A stretch of DNA of 64,000 nucleotides from an uncultured Gemmatimonadales bacterium (GCA_963716255.1 OY970303.1:4096001-4160000), one strand, 5' to 3'; counted from the first letter of the stretch, positions 1 to 11,071 are shown. A program made the numbers and translations. The notes: generated by a model not told the origin, from the letters alone.

Positions 1-891
<891 letters not shown>

Positions 892-1037
892 TATCGGTGT
901 GGTTCTCTAGGGGTCGGGATCACACGAACGGCGCGCCCCGTTGGCGCGCGGAACGGAAACCAGCATATGTATCACCCTGTGTAGGGTGACGCAAGTGAGC
1001 GCGGCTCATTTCATGGTTTGGTACGTGGTCACGGAAG

Positions 1038-1167
1038 GGTTCGGGCGTGCCCCCGGCTGCGCCGGGGTCGGGCTGCGGCTCCGTAGCAGACGAAACAACC
1101 GTCTGCAACGGAGTCGAGCCCCGCAAACTACGCGGGTCTCGCCGCTTCGCGCTCGCATCCCTCACGC
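1038..1167 (-). repeat. Structured intergenic element, copy 1
   Basis: Reverse complement matches consensus GCGTGAGGGAT...GAGACCC...CTCGACTCCGTT-stem-TACGGAGCCG(A/C)AGCCCGACCCCGGCGC(C)AGCCGGGGGCACGCCC. Confidence 0.95.
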
Positions 1168-1198
1168 GGGCATCGCGCTATCGTCCGCGGGGGTGGCT

Positions 1199-1363
1199 CC
1201 CCTCACCCCCCGGCCCCTCTCCCACGAGGGGAGAGGGGGAGAACTGCAACGGCGGCTTCCTCCGCGCCAGCGGGTGGGGAGCGGCACACGGCGGCGGCGA
1301 GGAACAGAAAACCCTCCCCCGGAACGGGGGAGGGTGGCGAGCCCGAGCGAGCCGGGTGGGGGC
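1199..1363. repeat. Satellite hairpin modules B (CCCCTCACCCCCCGGCCCCTCTCCC..GGGAGAGGGGGA) and C (CCCTCCCCC-GGAAC-GGGGGAGGGTGGCG..GCCGGGTGGGGG)
   Basis: Related motifs recur near 5134-5268, 21330-21483, 32048-32179, 44581-44633 and 54932-55094. Confidence 0.85.
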
Positions 1364-1388
1364 ACCTGCGGACGCAAGCGCGAAAACC

Positions 1389-1522
1389 GCGTGAGGGATT
1401 TCGGCCCGGAGGGGCGAGACCCGCGGGCAGTTTCGCGGGGCTCGACTCCGTTACGCAGCGTTGTTTGCTGCGTTACGGAGCCGAAGCCCGACCCCGGCGC
1501 CAGCCGGGGACACGCCCAAACC
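1389..1522 (+). repeat. Structured intergenic element, copy 2
   Basis: Direct match to consensus; inverted relative to copy 1. Confidence 0.95.
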
Positions 1523-1539
1523 CCGCCGTAACAAGCAGT

Positions 1540-3285
1540 TCAAGCCGTTACCCCGTGCTCATCGTCGTGCAGGTGGAAACGCCCGGCGAGCGCCGTCATC
1601 GCGGAAGCCATGCGGGCCAGCTCCTGGCTGGTGGCGGAAAGCTCCTCGGTGGCGGCGGTCTGCTCCTGGGCGGCGGCGGCGGTGTGCTCCGCGCGCTCCC
1701 GGCTGGCCCCGGCGATGCTGCGCACTTCCTGCATGGCCACCAGCAGCTCGGACATGACGCCGGCCTGCGCCTCCACCTCGCCGTGGATGCGCTCGATGGC
1801 CGACCCGGCGTCGCGCAGGGCCTCCAGCAGCGCTCCCAGCGCGCCGCGGCTCCCGTCGGAGGCGGCGCCCACGCCCTCCAGCTGGCCGCGCACGGCGTCG
1901 AGCTGCGCCCGCACCTGGCCGATGGCGCGGCGCGTTTCCTCCACGGTGCCGGCCACGTCCGAGGCGGAGACCCCGGACTCGCCGGCCAGCTTGCGGACCT
2001 CGTCGGCCACCACGGCGAAGCCGCGGCCGTGCTCGCCGGCGCGCGCCGCCTCGATGGCGGCGTTCAGCGCCAGCAGGTTGGTCTGCCGGGCGATCTGCTG
2101 GATCGCGTCCACGAAGCCGCCGATGCGCTCGCCGGCGGTGTCCAGGGTGTCCAGCGAGTCCGCCGAGCGGCGCACCCCGTCGCCCACCTCCAGCAGCAGC
2201 TCGCCCGCCTGGGCGATGCGGCCGGCGTGCCCGTCCGTCTCCCGGGCGGTGCGCCGGGCGCCTTCCGCGGAGGCGGCGGCCTGCTCGCGCAGCGCCACGT
2301 TGCGCTCGGCCAGGCGCTCCACGGTGTCGGCGCCGCGGGCGATCAGCGCCATCTGCCGCTCGGCGTGCGAGGCGGTGTTCTCGGAGGCGCTCCCCACCTC
2401 GCCGGCGGACTGCTGCACGTGCTCGGCGGTGGCGGCCAGCTCCTCGGCGAGGGCGGCGAGCGAGCGCGACTGGTCGTGCAGCTCGTGCAGGAGGACGTCC
2501 ACCGACCTGGAGACCCGGTTCACGCTGCGGAACACCAGCCCCACGTTGGTCTGGTCCTCCTCCGGGAGCCGCCCGCCGAAGTCGCCGCCGGCCATGCCGG
2601 CCAGCGTGGCGCGCACCTGCCGCAGCCGCCCGAACAGCTCGGAGTTCTGCGCGTCGCTCACGGCCCCGATCCCCACCAGGAAGATCCACTCCAGCGCCAG
2701 CAGCCCCCACGGGGTCGCCTGCCCGACGTACTCGTACCCCGCATAGCGCCCCAGCGGGTACAGGAGCGCGGTCGCCCCCAGCATCAGCCGGCCGGACCTG
2801 GGCGCCTGGAGCGCGCAGTCGCCGACGGAAAAGGCGAAGAGAGGGAGGACGACGAAGCCCTGCGGCCCCAGCGAGGCGGAGAAGGCGGCGATCACCAGCG
2901 CGTCCACCACCACCATGGCGTAGTACTGCCAGGGGGCGAAGCGGCCGGAGTGCAGCAGCCACATCCCCACGCCGTTGACCACGGCGGCCGTCACCACCAG
3001 CCCGTTGGCGATGGGGAGCGACACCTCGATGGACTCGGTCCAGCTTCCCGCCAGGGCGATCAGCCAGGAAAGGACGATCAGCCCCCAGCGGGTGGCGATG
3101 CTCATCGCCTGGTACGCCTGGAGGACGCGGAGCTCCTCGGCGGAAGTGGGATCGGTCGGCTGCGCGGACACGGGCTCGGGTGCGGGGGTGGGGGCGGGGG
3201 TGGGGAGCTCCGGCCGCGGATCTCCCCGGAACGCCGGGGAATGGCGCGAGGGACGGTGCGCGCGGGGCACGGCGGTGTGACTCAT
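1540..3285 (-). CDS. Methyl-accepting chemotaxis protein with multi-TM N-terminus
   Basis: [37 protein letters not shown] signalling-hairpin motif; hydrophobic N-terminal segments; start codon estimated. Confidence 0.9.
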   Translation of the reverse strand: MSHTAVPRAHRPSRHSPAFRGDPRPELPTPAPTPAPEPVSAQPTDPTSAEELRVLQAYQAMSIATRWGLIVLSWLIALAGSWTESIEVSLPIANGLVVTAAVVNGVGMWLLHSGRFAPWQYYAMVVVDALVIAAFSASLGPQGFVVLPLFAFSVGDCALQAPRSGRLMLGATALLYPLGRYAGYEYVGQATPWGLLALEWIFLVGIGAVSDAQNSELFGRLRQVRATLAGMAGGDFGGRLPEEDQTNVGLVFRSVNRVSRSVDVLLHELHDQSRSLAALAEELAATAEHVQQSAGEVGSASENTASHAERQMALIARGADTVERLAERNVALREQAAASAEGARRTARETDGHAGRIAQAGELLLEVGDGVRRSADSLDTLDTAGERIGGFVDAIQQIARQTNLLALNAAIEAARAGEHGRGFAVVADEVRKLAGESGVSASDVAGTVEETRRAIGQVRAQLDAVRGQLEGVGAASDGSRGALGALLEALRDAGSAIERIHGEVEAQAGVMSELLVAMQEVRSIAGASRERAEHTAAAAQEQTAATEELSATSQELARMASAMTALAGRFHLHDDEHGVTA

Positions 3286-3461
3286 GGCGGTGGATGCTGC
3301 GGGTGGGAGGTCGCCGGAAGGCGGACGGCCCCGCGGCCGGATGGGCCTGGGGCTCCGTCCCCGCCGTGCAATGGGGAAGGTTCGGCTGGAGGAGGCCGTT
3401 TCTGAATGAGCGCCGGAAAGGTAGGGACTGGGCGCCTGCGCGTCAACTACGCGTGTCTGAT

Positions 3462-5063
3462 TCAGAGCGCATGGAGCACGACGCGCGCGGCGCTCCGTCC
3501 GGACGCGCCGAACACCCCGCCCCCGGGGTGGGTGCTGGCGCCCGTGAGGAACAGCCCGCCGATGGGGGTGCGGTACTGTGCCAGCTCGGGTGTGGGACGG
3601 AGAAAGAACATCTGGTCCAGCGACATCTCCAGGTGCATGACGTTGCCGTTGAACAGCCCGTGCTCGCGCTCCAAGTCGGCCGGCGTCTGGGTGTATACCC
3701 GCTCCACGCACCCCGGCACGTTGGGGGCGAAGCGCCCCACCGCCGCCAGGATCCGCTCGGTCTCGCGCTCGCGCACGTCGTCCCAGCTTGCACCGCCGGC
3801 CAGCGCGTACGGGTGGTACTGGGCCCAGGCGAAGAGCAGGTGCTTTCCCGCGGGGGCGAGCGACGGGTCCACCGCGGTCCAGGTCATGGCGACCACGGCG
3901 GGGTCGCGCGCCGGCTCGCCGCGGGCGAAGTCGGCGTAGGCGTGGTCCAGGAAGGGCGCGGGGGGGCAGAGGAGCTGGAGCCCCCGGTGCATGGGCCCCG
4001 GGGAGCCGTCGGCGGGGGCGCCCGCGTACGCGGGCAGCTCGGAGGTGGCGCAGCGCAGGATCATCCCGAAGCCGTTGCCCACCCGCAGCTTCATCACGCG
4101 CTCCCGCATCTCCGCGGCCTCGGGCGCGTCCGCCAGCAGCCGTCCGAAGGTGGTGGCCACGTGGCAGCCGGCGAGCACCGCTCGCGCGGCCACCCGGCGC
4201 ACGGGCCCCGCGGGCGGGGGCGGCGCGGCGCCCAGCGGGAGCCCGGGCTCCGTCCCCTCGGCCACCTCCACCCCCACGGCGCGCCCGCCTTCCACCACGA
4301 TGCGCCGCACGGGAGTCGCGGCGTGCACCTCGCCCCCGTGCTCGCCGATCAGCCGCACCAGCGCGTCGGTGAGCGCCCCGGACCCGCCCACGGCGCGCTT
4401 CACGCCGCTCCGGTGGTAGAGCCCGTGCCACCCGGCCAGCGGCGCCGATCCCAGCTCCCCCGGCGGCGGCCCCGACTGCGCCGCCATCCACTCGATCGCG
4501 GCGCGCACGGCCGGGTGCTCGAAGGTGGCGTCCAGGAGCGCCCTGTAGCCGCCCAGGATGGTCTGGAGCTGCCCCATCCCCCCGCGCCCGAAGCCGCCGG
4601 AGCGCATCATCGTCCAGGCGATCCGCCCGGGCCCCGGCGGCCCCAGGAACGCCTTGAGCACCGCCTCGCTCACCGGCTCCCACTCGCGCACGAAGCGGCG
4701 GTAGGCGTCCGCGTCGCGCGGGGAGACCGCGGCGATGGAGTCGCAGGTGCGCCCCACGTCCCGGTAGAAGTACAGGGCGCGGCCGTCCTCCAGCGGGTAG
4801 AAGCCCCACGGGTCGCAGTCCACGTACTCCAGCCCGTGGCGGGCCAGATCCAGCTCCTGGAGGATGGGGGTGAGGTGGATCAGGATGTGGGCCGAGGAGC
4901 CCACGTCCACGCGGTAGCCGGGGAAGATGTCGTCCCGCGTCTGCACGGCGCCGCCGGGACGGGGGGCGCGCTCGAAGACGGCCACGCGCTTGCCCGCGCG
5001 GGCCAGGTAGGCGGCGGCGATCAGGGCGTTGTGCCCGGCGCCCACGACTGCTACGTCCAGCAT
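3462..5063 (-). CDS. Phytoene desaturase-family FAD-dependent oxidoreductase
   Basis: [24 protein letters not shown]ossmann start; C-terminal [20 protein letters not shown]. Confidence 0.88.
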   Translation of the reverse strand: MLDVAVVGAGHNALIAAAYLARAGKRVAVFERAPRPGGAVQTRDDIFPGYRVDVGSSAHILIHLTPILQELDLARHGLEYVDCDPWGFYPLEDGRALYFYRDVGRTCDSIAAVSPRDADAYRRFVREWEPVSEAVLKAFLGPPGPGRIAWTMMRSGGFGRGGMGQLQTILGGYRALLDATFEHPAVRAAIEWMAAQSGPPPGELGSAPLAGWHGLYHRSGVKRAVGGSGALTDALVRLIGEHGGEVHAATPVRRIVVEGGRAVGVEVAEGTEPGLPLGAAPPPPAGPVRRVAARAVLAGCHVATTFGRLLADAPEAAEMRERVMKLRVGNGFGMILRCATSELPAYAGAPADGSPGPMHRGLQLLCPPAPFLDHAYADFARGEPARDPAVVAMTWTAVDPSLAPAGKHLLFAWAQYHPYALAGGASWDDVRERETERILAAVGRFAPNVPGCVERVYTQTPADLEREHGLFNGNVMHLEMSLDQMFFLRPTPELAQYRTPIGGLFLTGASTHPGGGVFGASGRSAARVVLHAL

Positions 5064-5078
5064 GATTTTGAACCGCGT

Positions 5079-5131
5079 GGTTTGGGCGTGCCCCCGGCTG
5101 CGCCGGGGTCGGGCTACGAGCTGGCGTCCGC
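5079..5131 (-). repeat. Internally deleted copy of the structured element (copy 3)
   Basis: Retains the 5' leader GCGGACGCCAG and the 3' hairpin AGCCCGACCCCGGCGCAGCCGGGGGCACGCCCAAACC but lacks the central three hairpins. Confidence 0.8.
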
Positions 5132-5133
5132 TG

Positions 5134-5268
5134 GGGCCCCCACCCGGCGCTGCGCGCCACCCTCCCCCGTTCCGGGGGAGGGGAATCTCCACGCTGGCGA
5201 TCCCGACCGTCCGGTGTGTCGTTCTCCCCCTCTCCCTTTGTGGGAGAGGGGGCCGGGGGGCGAGGGGG
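5134..5268. repeat. Satellite hairpin modules C and B (reverse orientation)
   Basis: CCCCCACCCGGCGCTGCGCGCCACCCTCCCCCGTTCCGGGGGAGGG and CTCCCCCTCTCCCTTTGTGGGAGAGGGGGCCGGGGGGCGAGGGGG. Confidence 0.8.
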
Positions 5269-5306
5269 GCTGGGCCCGGCAACTTACCGGGCGGGGGGCA
5301 AGGGCG

Positions 5307-6191
5307 CTACCGGACGGCCTGGAAGGCGGGGGGAGCCTCGGCAATGCGCACGCAGTCGCGGCCCTGGTGCTTGGCGCGGTACAGGGCGCGGTCGGCGGCG
5401 GCGAGGAGGTCGTCGGGGGAGCGCATGGTGGGGGCGTAGGTGGCGATCCCGGCGCTGGTGGTCACGGCGCCGGTGGGGATCTGGGCCGTGCGCAGGCCCT
5501 CGCGCACCCGGTCGACGAACACCAGCGCCTCCTCCACGCCGGCGGACGACAGGATGCACACGAACTCCTCGCCGCCCAGCCGCGCCGACAGGTTCATCCG
5601 CCGGGTGAGGCGGTCGAGCACGCGGCCCACGGCGCGCAGGGCGGCGTCGCCGGCGGGGTGGCCGTGGCGGTCGTTGTAGCGCTTGAACTGGTCCAGGTCC
5701 AGGAGGACCACGGCCACCGGGCGGCCCCGCTCCGCGGCGGCGAACTCCTTGTCCAGGAACCAGCGCGCGCTCCGCCGGTTGGGGAGGCCGGTCAGGTCGT
5801 CGGTGAGCGCCAGCCGGATCGCGCGCTCCCGCTCGCGCCGGAGCACCTCGGCCAGGATCCCCACGGCGAGCGCGATCCCGGTGTACGTCGCCACCGTCCC
5901 CGGGAGCGCCGGGCTCCAGGCCGGGCGGCGGCCCGCCAGCAGGGCGCCGCCCAGCGCGGCGGCCAGGAGTCCGGCCGCCGCGCCCGTCCACGCCGCGGCG
6001 CCGCGCCAGCCGCGGTAGTACGCCAGCAGGAAGGCGGGGACCAGCGCCAGCGCCCCAAGGCCGCCGCTGAAGGGGCTGGTCTCCTCCGGGTAGGCCACCA
6101 TCCCTCCCGTGGCGAGCGCGACGGCGGCCAGGCTCAGCGGGACGAGGCCCGCCGGTACGGGGCGCGGCTCCAGCGGCGAAAACAGGCTCAT
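5307..6191 (-). CDS. Membrane-anchored GGDEF diguanylate cyclase
   Basis: TDDLTGLPNRR, DLDQFKRYNDRHGHPAGD and ARLGGEEF motifs; N-terminal TM helices; start uncertain. Confidence 0.9.
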   Translation of the reverse strand: MSLFSPLEPRPVPAGLVPLSLAAVALATGGMVAYPEETSPFSGGLGALALVPAFLLAYYRGWRGAAAWTGAAAGLLAAALGGALLAGRRPAWSPALPGTVATYTGIALAVGILAEVLRRERERAIRLALTDDLTGLPNRRSARWFLDKEFAAAERGRPVAVVLLDLDQFKRYNDRHGHPAGDAALRAVGRVLDRLTRRMNLSARLGGEEFVCILSSAGVEEALVFVDRVREGLRTAQIPTGAVTTSAGIATYAPTMRSPDDLLAAADRALYRAKHQGRDCVRIAEAPPAFQAVR

Positions 6192-6718
6192 GCGCAGGCG
6201 TCCCACTCGGAGGAGGGCCCTGAGGCGGCGGACCGGCCGCGGGGCGGCGATCCCGGCGCCCGGGAGCGTCAGGTGTGGATCGGCAGGTGTGGAGCGTCGA
6301 CTCTGCACGGGCTACGGGCTGAAGAAGGGTGGCCCTCGTTCCGCCGGGCCGCCTGTCCCCGCCCGCCCCCGCGGGGGCGGAACGCGGGGAGCCCGCGGTC
6401 CGGGTCGTCGGCGCTCGCCGATGGATCTCCGAAGCCGCGGGCTCCCCCGCCGGTACTGCGAGCTTCGGCAACCGGACGGTCTCGGGGAGACTCCTGGCTT
6501 TGCGGCCCCGCCTCGCGACGGGTGTGCTCTTGTCGGCTTCGCCTGTCCCTGCATCCGGGCGGGTCACCGCCCAGACCGCGCCATTCTTGCAACTTCCGAG
6601 CCGCCGGACGCCCGTTCGCTAAGTGTATGGAAAGTAGCCACAATGGCCGTGGAGTGGCCCCTGAGGTGTGGTCCCCGGCCGCCCCACTGGTGCCCGCGCG
6701 CCCCAGGCGGAGGGCTCC

Positions 6719-6856
6719 GCGTGAGGGATTTCGGCCCGAAGGGGCGAGACCCGGCGGGGCTGTTTCCGCCGGGGCTCGACTCCGTTGCAGACGGTCGTTT
6801 CGTCTGCTACGGAGCCGAAGCCCGACCCCGGCGCCAGCCGGGGGCACGTCCGAACC
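6719..6856 (+). repeat. Structured intergenic element, copy 4
   Basis: Direct match to consensus. Confidence 0.95.
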
Positions 6857-6876
6857 CTGCCGTGGATCCGTCGTCC

Positions 6877-9786
6877 CTACTCCCTGAACCGCGCGACGGC
6901 GACCGGACGCGAGCGATGGGTGCGGGTGCCGTCCCCGAGCTGTCCCTCCAGGTTGTACCCCCAGCAGTAGCCGCGGCCGAACCCGGTCACCCCGCAGGTG
7001 TGGGCGCCGCTCGCGTGGAGCGAGGCGAAGCGGAGCCCGCCGGCCACCGGGACCGGCGCGGCGCGGTCCGCGCTGGTCCCGTCGCCCAGCTGCCCGCGGT
7101 CGTTGCGGCCCCAGCACCATGCCTCGCCGTCGCCTGCGAGCGCGCAGGCGTGCTCGCCGCCCGCGGCGATGGCGCCGAAGCGCTTCCCGCCGCGCACGGG
7201 GACGGGGCGGGCCCGGTCGGCGGTGGTGCCGTCGCCCAGCTGCCCGTGGTCGCCCCGGCCCCAGCACCACGCCTCGCCGTCGCCGGTGAGGGCGCAGGTG
7301 TGGGCGCTCCCGGCGGCCAGGGCGACGAGCCGCCGGTCCAGCTCCGCCGCCACGGGGGTGCGGCGGCTGCTCCGCTCGCCGTCGCCCAGCTGCCCGCGCG
7401 CGCCGGCGCCCCAGCACAGGGCGCGGCCGCGGGCGTCCAGCGCGCAGGCGTGGTCCCAGCCCACGGCGAGCCGCCGGAAGCCGCTCCCCCGCACCCGCAC
7501 GGGGACCGGCCGGGCGGAGGTGCTCCCGTCGCCCAGCTGCCCGTGCCGGTTGCCGCCCCAGCAGTACACGGCGCCGTCCGCCAGGCCGCAGCTGTGGGCG
7601 TTCCCGGTGCCCAGCGCGGTGAAGCTGCGATTCCCCGCCACGCGGACGGGTTCGGTGCGCGGCCGGGTGCCGCCGTCGCCCAGCTGTCCGGCGTCGTCGG
7701 CGCCCCAGCAGTACGCGGCGCCGCCCCCGGCGAGGCCGCAGGTGTGCAGCACTCCCCCGGCGAGCGAGGTGAAGGCCAGTCCCCCGCCCACGCGCGCGGG
7801 GGTGGAGCGGCGCTCGGTCTCGCCGGTGCCCAGCTGGCCGCGGTCGTTGCCGCCCCAGCAGTACGCCTCGCCCGAGGCGCCCAGGGCGCAGGTGTGCATC
7901 CCCCCCGCGGCGATCGTGGCGGTCGGGGCGGCGGGCTGCGGCGGCTCGGCGGCGCGGGCGGCGAAGCGCACCCGCAGCCCGGGCGTCCCCTCGACGGACG
8001 CTTCGGCGGCGGCGCGGCCGGCGTCGCCGCCCAGGGTCCACGCTGCGGCGGCGCGCCCGGCGGAGTCGGTCCGCGCCCAGCCGGGCGCCACCGTGCCCCC
8101 GCCGCGCGCCGCGCGGAAGCGCACCCGCACGCCGGCCACCGGGTTCCCGAAGGCGTCCTCCACCCGCACGGCGAGCGAGTCGGGCAGCGCCTCGCCCGCG
8201 GCGCCCTCCTGGGCGTCGCCCGCGGCGGCGGCGATCCGCGCCGGGGCCGCGGCCACGCCGCGCGCCTGCAGCACCAGCGGCTCCGCGATCCCGGCCACGC
8301 GGGCGGCGAGCGTCTGCTCGGCCGCCGTCCCGCCCAGCGTCCACGCCGCGCGCGCCACGCCCAGCGAGTCGGTGCGCGCCGTGGCCGGCGAGACGGCGCC
8401 GCCGCCGCCGGCCTGGAAGCTCACCACCACGCCGGCCACGGGGGCGCCGCCCGCGTCCTCCACCCGCACGGCCGCGGAGTCGGCGAGCGCCTGGCCCACC
8501 CGTCCCCGCAGCTCCCCGCCGCCCGGGGCGGCGAGCCGCGCGGCGAGGGGCGTGGCCGCCATGCGGGGCGGGGGCGCCGCGGGCCGCGTCGCCCGGGGCG
8601 CCGGTGCCGCCACGGGCCCCGCGGTCCGCTCCGGGGAAGCGCCGTCGCGCAGCGCGGCCGCGGCGCCCACGGCGGCGGCCAGCAGCAGCGCCCCGCCGGC
8701 CGCGGCGGCGGCGAGCCGGGGGGAGCGCCACCGGCGCTGCGGCGTGGCGGCGAGCGGCACCATGACGGGAGCCGGAGCGGCAGCCGGCGGGGGCGCCGCG
8801 GGAGCCTTCACGTCGCCGCGCTGGTAGCGGAGGGTGGGATTCCGCTCGTCGGGGAGCGGCGTGGAGGCGGGGGCGGGTGGGGAAGCGGCGGGGAGCGGCG
8901 GGGGGACCGCGCCGGTCCCCGCGAGGCAGGCCAGCAGCTCGCCGGCGCCCGCCCAGCGGGTGTCGCGGTCCTTGCGGAGGGCCACCTCGACGGCGGCGGC
9001 AAGGCGGGGCGGGACCCCCGGGCGCAGCGTCGCCAGCGGCGGGATCGCCACGTTCCTGTGGTTGTAGATGGTGGCGTAGATCGTCGCCCCCTCCCACGGC
9101 CGCCGCCCCGTCAGCATCTCGTAGCCCACCAGCCCCAGGCCGTACAGGTCGCTGCGGCCGTCCACCGCTCCCCCGTCGACCTGCTCGGGCGACATGTAGG
9201 TGGGGGTGCCCAGCGCCGTCCCCTCCATCGTCAGCTCCTCGGCGTCCGTCCAGCGCGCGATGCCGAAGTCGGCCAGCAGCGCCCGCCCGGTCTCCTCGTC
9301 CAGGTAGACGTTGCCGGGCTTGACGTCGCGGTGGACGATGCGGCGGCCGTGCGCGTACGCCAGCGCCCCGGCGAGGTCGCGCAGCACGCGCACCGCCCGC
9401 TCGAAGGCGAAGGGACCGCCCTGGCGGATGGCTTCCCGGAGCGTCGTCCCCGGGACGTACTGCATCACCAGGGCGAGGCTCCCGTCCTCCAGGTGCCGGG
9501 TCTCGTACAGGGTGACGATGCCGGAGTGGTCGAGCCGCGCGACGGTGCGCGCCTCGCGCTCCATGCGCGCGACGGTCTCGGCGTCGTCGGCGTGCTGCGC
9601 GTGGATCACCTTGACGGCGACCTCGCGCCCCAGCTCGCGGTCGCGCGCCAGGTACACCACCGCCATCCCGCCGCGCCCCAGCTCCCGCAGCAGCTCGTAG
9701 CGTCGCGCGAGGCTGCGCAGGCGCACGGCGTCCTCGGGCCGGAGCGCGCGCTCGTGCGGATGGCTGTGCTGGGCGGGCGGACTCAT
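6877..9786 (-). CDS. Ser/Thr protein kinase with TM helix, Ig-like repeats and C-terminal RCC1/BLIP-II-like beta-propeller
   Basis: ELGRGGMAVVY, VAVK, IVHRDVKPGN, DFGIA and GTPTYMSPEQ motifs; seven HxC..CWG...GQLG repeats. Confidence 0.92.
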   Translation of the reverse strand: MSPPAQHSHPHERALRPEDAVRLRSLARRYELLRELGRGGMAVVYLARDRELGREVAVKVIHAQHADDAETVARMEREARTVARLDHSGIVTLYETRHLEDGSLALVMQYVPGTTLREAIRQGGPFAFERAVRVLRDLAGALAYAHGRRIVHRDVKPGNVYLDEETGRALLADFGIARWTDAEELTMEGTALGTPTYMSPEQVDGGAVDGRSDLYGLGLVGYEMLTGRRPWEGATIYATIYNHRNVAIPPLATLRPGVPPRLAAAVEVALRKDRDTRWAGAGELLACLAGTGAVPPPLPAASPPAPASTPLPDERNPTLRYQRGDVKAPAAPPPAAAPAPVMVPLAATPQRRWRSPRLAAAAAGGALLLAAAVGAAAALRDGASPERTAGPVAAPAPRATRPAAPPPRMAATPLAARLAAPGGGELRGRVGQALADSAAVRVEDAGGAPVAGVVVSFQAGGGGAVSPATARTDSLGVARAAWTLGGTAAEQTLAARVAGIAEPLVLQARGVAAAPARIAAAAGDAQEGAAGEALPDSLAVRVEDAFGNPVAGVRVRFRAARGGGTVAPGWARTDSAGRAAAAWTLGGDAGRAAAEASVEGTPGLRVRFAARAAEPPQPAAPTATIAAGGMHTCALGASGEAYCWGGNDRGQLGTGETERRSTPARVGGGLAFTSLAGGVLHTCGLAGGGAAYCWGADDAGQLGDGGTRPRTEPVRVAGNRSFTALGTGNAHSCGLADGAVYCWGGNRHGQLGDGSTSARPVPVRVRGSGFRRLAVGWDHACALDARGRALCWGAGARGQLGDGERSSRRTPVAAELDRRLVALAAGSAHTCALTGDGEAWCWGRGDHGQLGDGTTADRARPVPVRGGKRFGAIAAGGEHACALAGDGEAWCWGRNDRGQLGDGTSADRAAPVPVAGGLRFASLHASGAHTCGVTGFGRGYCWGYNLEGQLGDGTRTHRSRPVAVARFRE

Positions 9787-10012
9787 GGGCGGGGAGGCTC
9801 CTCGGCACTGCGGGTGCGGGCCGCGGCGGACCCAGGCGGAAAGTCCGGTCGCGGCGCATCCCCATGGGGCGCATCACGAAGCGTACCAGGGGCCAGCCGG
9901 CCGCACGGCCGGTAAACACGTGGCGCCCGCGCCGGGAAGTGCCCGGGCGGGCGCCACGCTCGTCGTACGGTCGCAACAGGTCGGCCGCTGCGCCCGCGAA
10001 ACCCCGCCGGCG

Positions 10013-11071
10013 TCAGTCCTTGGCGGTCCAGTCGCCGGATCCCTCGCCGAAGCCGCCGCCCCCCAGCGTTTCGCTCCGCAGCGCCATGGCCACCCCCGCC
10101 CCCAGCGCCGCCACCGCGAGCGCGGTGCGGATGGGGTGCAGCCGCGCCCCGGTGTAGGCGCTGGTCTTCGCCACGTGGCCGGGGTAGTCGCCGCGCTCGG
10201 ACAGGTCGCCCCGCAACGGCTTGAAAAGGGTGTCGCGGCGGCGCTCCGGGGCGGGCTCGTCGCGCTTCTGCTGGTCGAAGAGGCTCGCTTCCATGTAGCG
10301 GTCGGTCAGCCGCGGCCTCAGCAGGCCCAGCCCGGCGATCGCCCGTCCCCCGGCGCCCACGGTGATGTCGCGCACGGGCCGCTCGGCGCAGCGGAGGATG
10401 GCCTTCGCCACCACCCGCGGCGAGTACACCGGCGGCGGGAGGGTGGGCTCGGCGTCCATCACGCTCTTTGCGTGGCTGGTGAACTGGGTGTCGATGGACG
10501 CGGGCTTCACCAGCGTCACGGAGATGGGCGCGCCCTCCTCCTCCAGCTCCATCCGCAGCGCGTCGGTGAACCCCTTCACGGCGTGCTTGCTGGCGGAGTA
10601 GTGCCCCTGGAGCGGGACGGCGCGGTCGGAGACGACGCTCCCCACGTTGATGAGCGCCCCGCCGTGCGGACGCAGGAACTCGGCGGCAACCAGGGAGCCG
10701 TGCACCGTCCCCCAGTAGTTGGTCTCGAACAGGCGCCGCGCGTCCTCCAGCGCCACCTCCTCCACGCGCCCGTACACGGACACGCCCGCGTTGTTGACCC
10801 AGGTGTCCACCCCGCCGAACTCGCGCACGGCCAGCTCGGCCACGGCGCGCAGCTGGTCGTAGCTCGCCACGTCGGCCACGGCATAGGCGGCCTCCCCGCC
10901 GCCCTTCTGGATCTCGCGCACGGCCTTCTTCAGATCGGCCTTGTCGCGCGAGGCGAGCACCACGCGCGCCCCCCGCTCCGAGGCCAGCCGCGCCGTCGCC
11001 AGCCCGATCCCGCTGGAGGCGCCGGTCACGACGACGACCTGCTCCTCGATGGGCTTCAACTCGATCTTCAT
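10013..11071 (-). CDS. SDR family oxidoreductase
   Basis: TGASSGIG, VNNAG and YSASK motifs. Confidence 0.93.
   Translation of the reverse strand: MKIELKPIEEQVVVVTGASSGIGLATARLASERGARVVLASRDKADLKKAVREIQKGGGEAAYAVADVASYDQLRAVAELAVREFGGVDTWVNNAGVSVYGRVEEVALEDARRLFETNYWGTVHGSLVAAEFLRPHGGALINVGSVVSDRAVPLQGHYSASKHAVKGFTDALRMELEEEGAPISVTLVKPASIDTQFTSHAKSVMDAEPTLPPPVYSPRVVAKAILRCAERPVRDITVGAGGRAIAGLGLLRPRLTDRYMEASLFDQQKRDEPAPERRRDTLFKPLRGDLSERGDYPGHVAKTSAYTGARLHPIRTALAVAALGAGVAMALRSETLGGGGFGEGSGDWTAKD

Noticed and set aside
1389..1522. Repeat element as tRNA/tmRNA, riboswitch or hammerhead ribozyme
   Set aside because: No T-loop/CCA or hammerhead CUGANGA/GAAA core recognised, and placement is not consistently 5' of related genes; an Rfam search is still needed
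920..1531. Small ORFs sharing peptides such as RVRDFGPKGRDP or TEPKPDPGA (also near 21148, 31935, 53651, 54450, 56129)
   Set aside because: These are translations of the repeat element; copies have frame-breaking length differences, so they are not a protein family
6877..7920. RCC1-repeat region as a diversity-generating retroelement target
   Set aside because: Repeats are ordinary diverged coding repeats; no reverse transcriptase or adenine-specific template/variable pair seen
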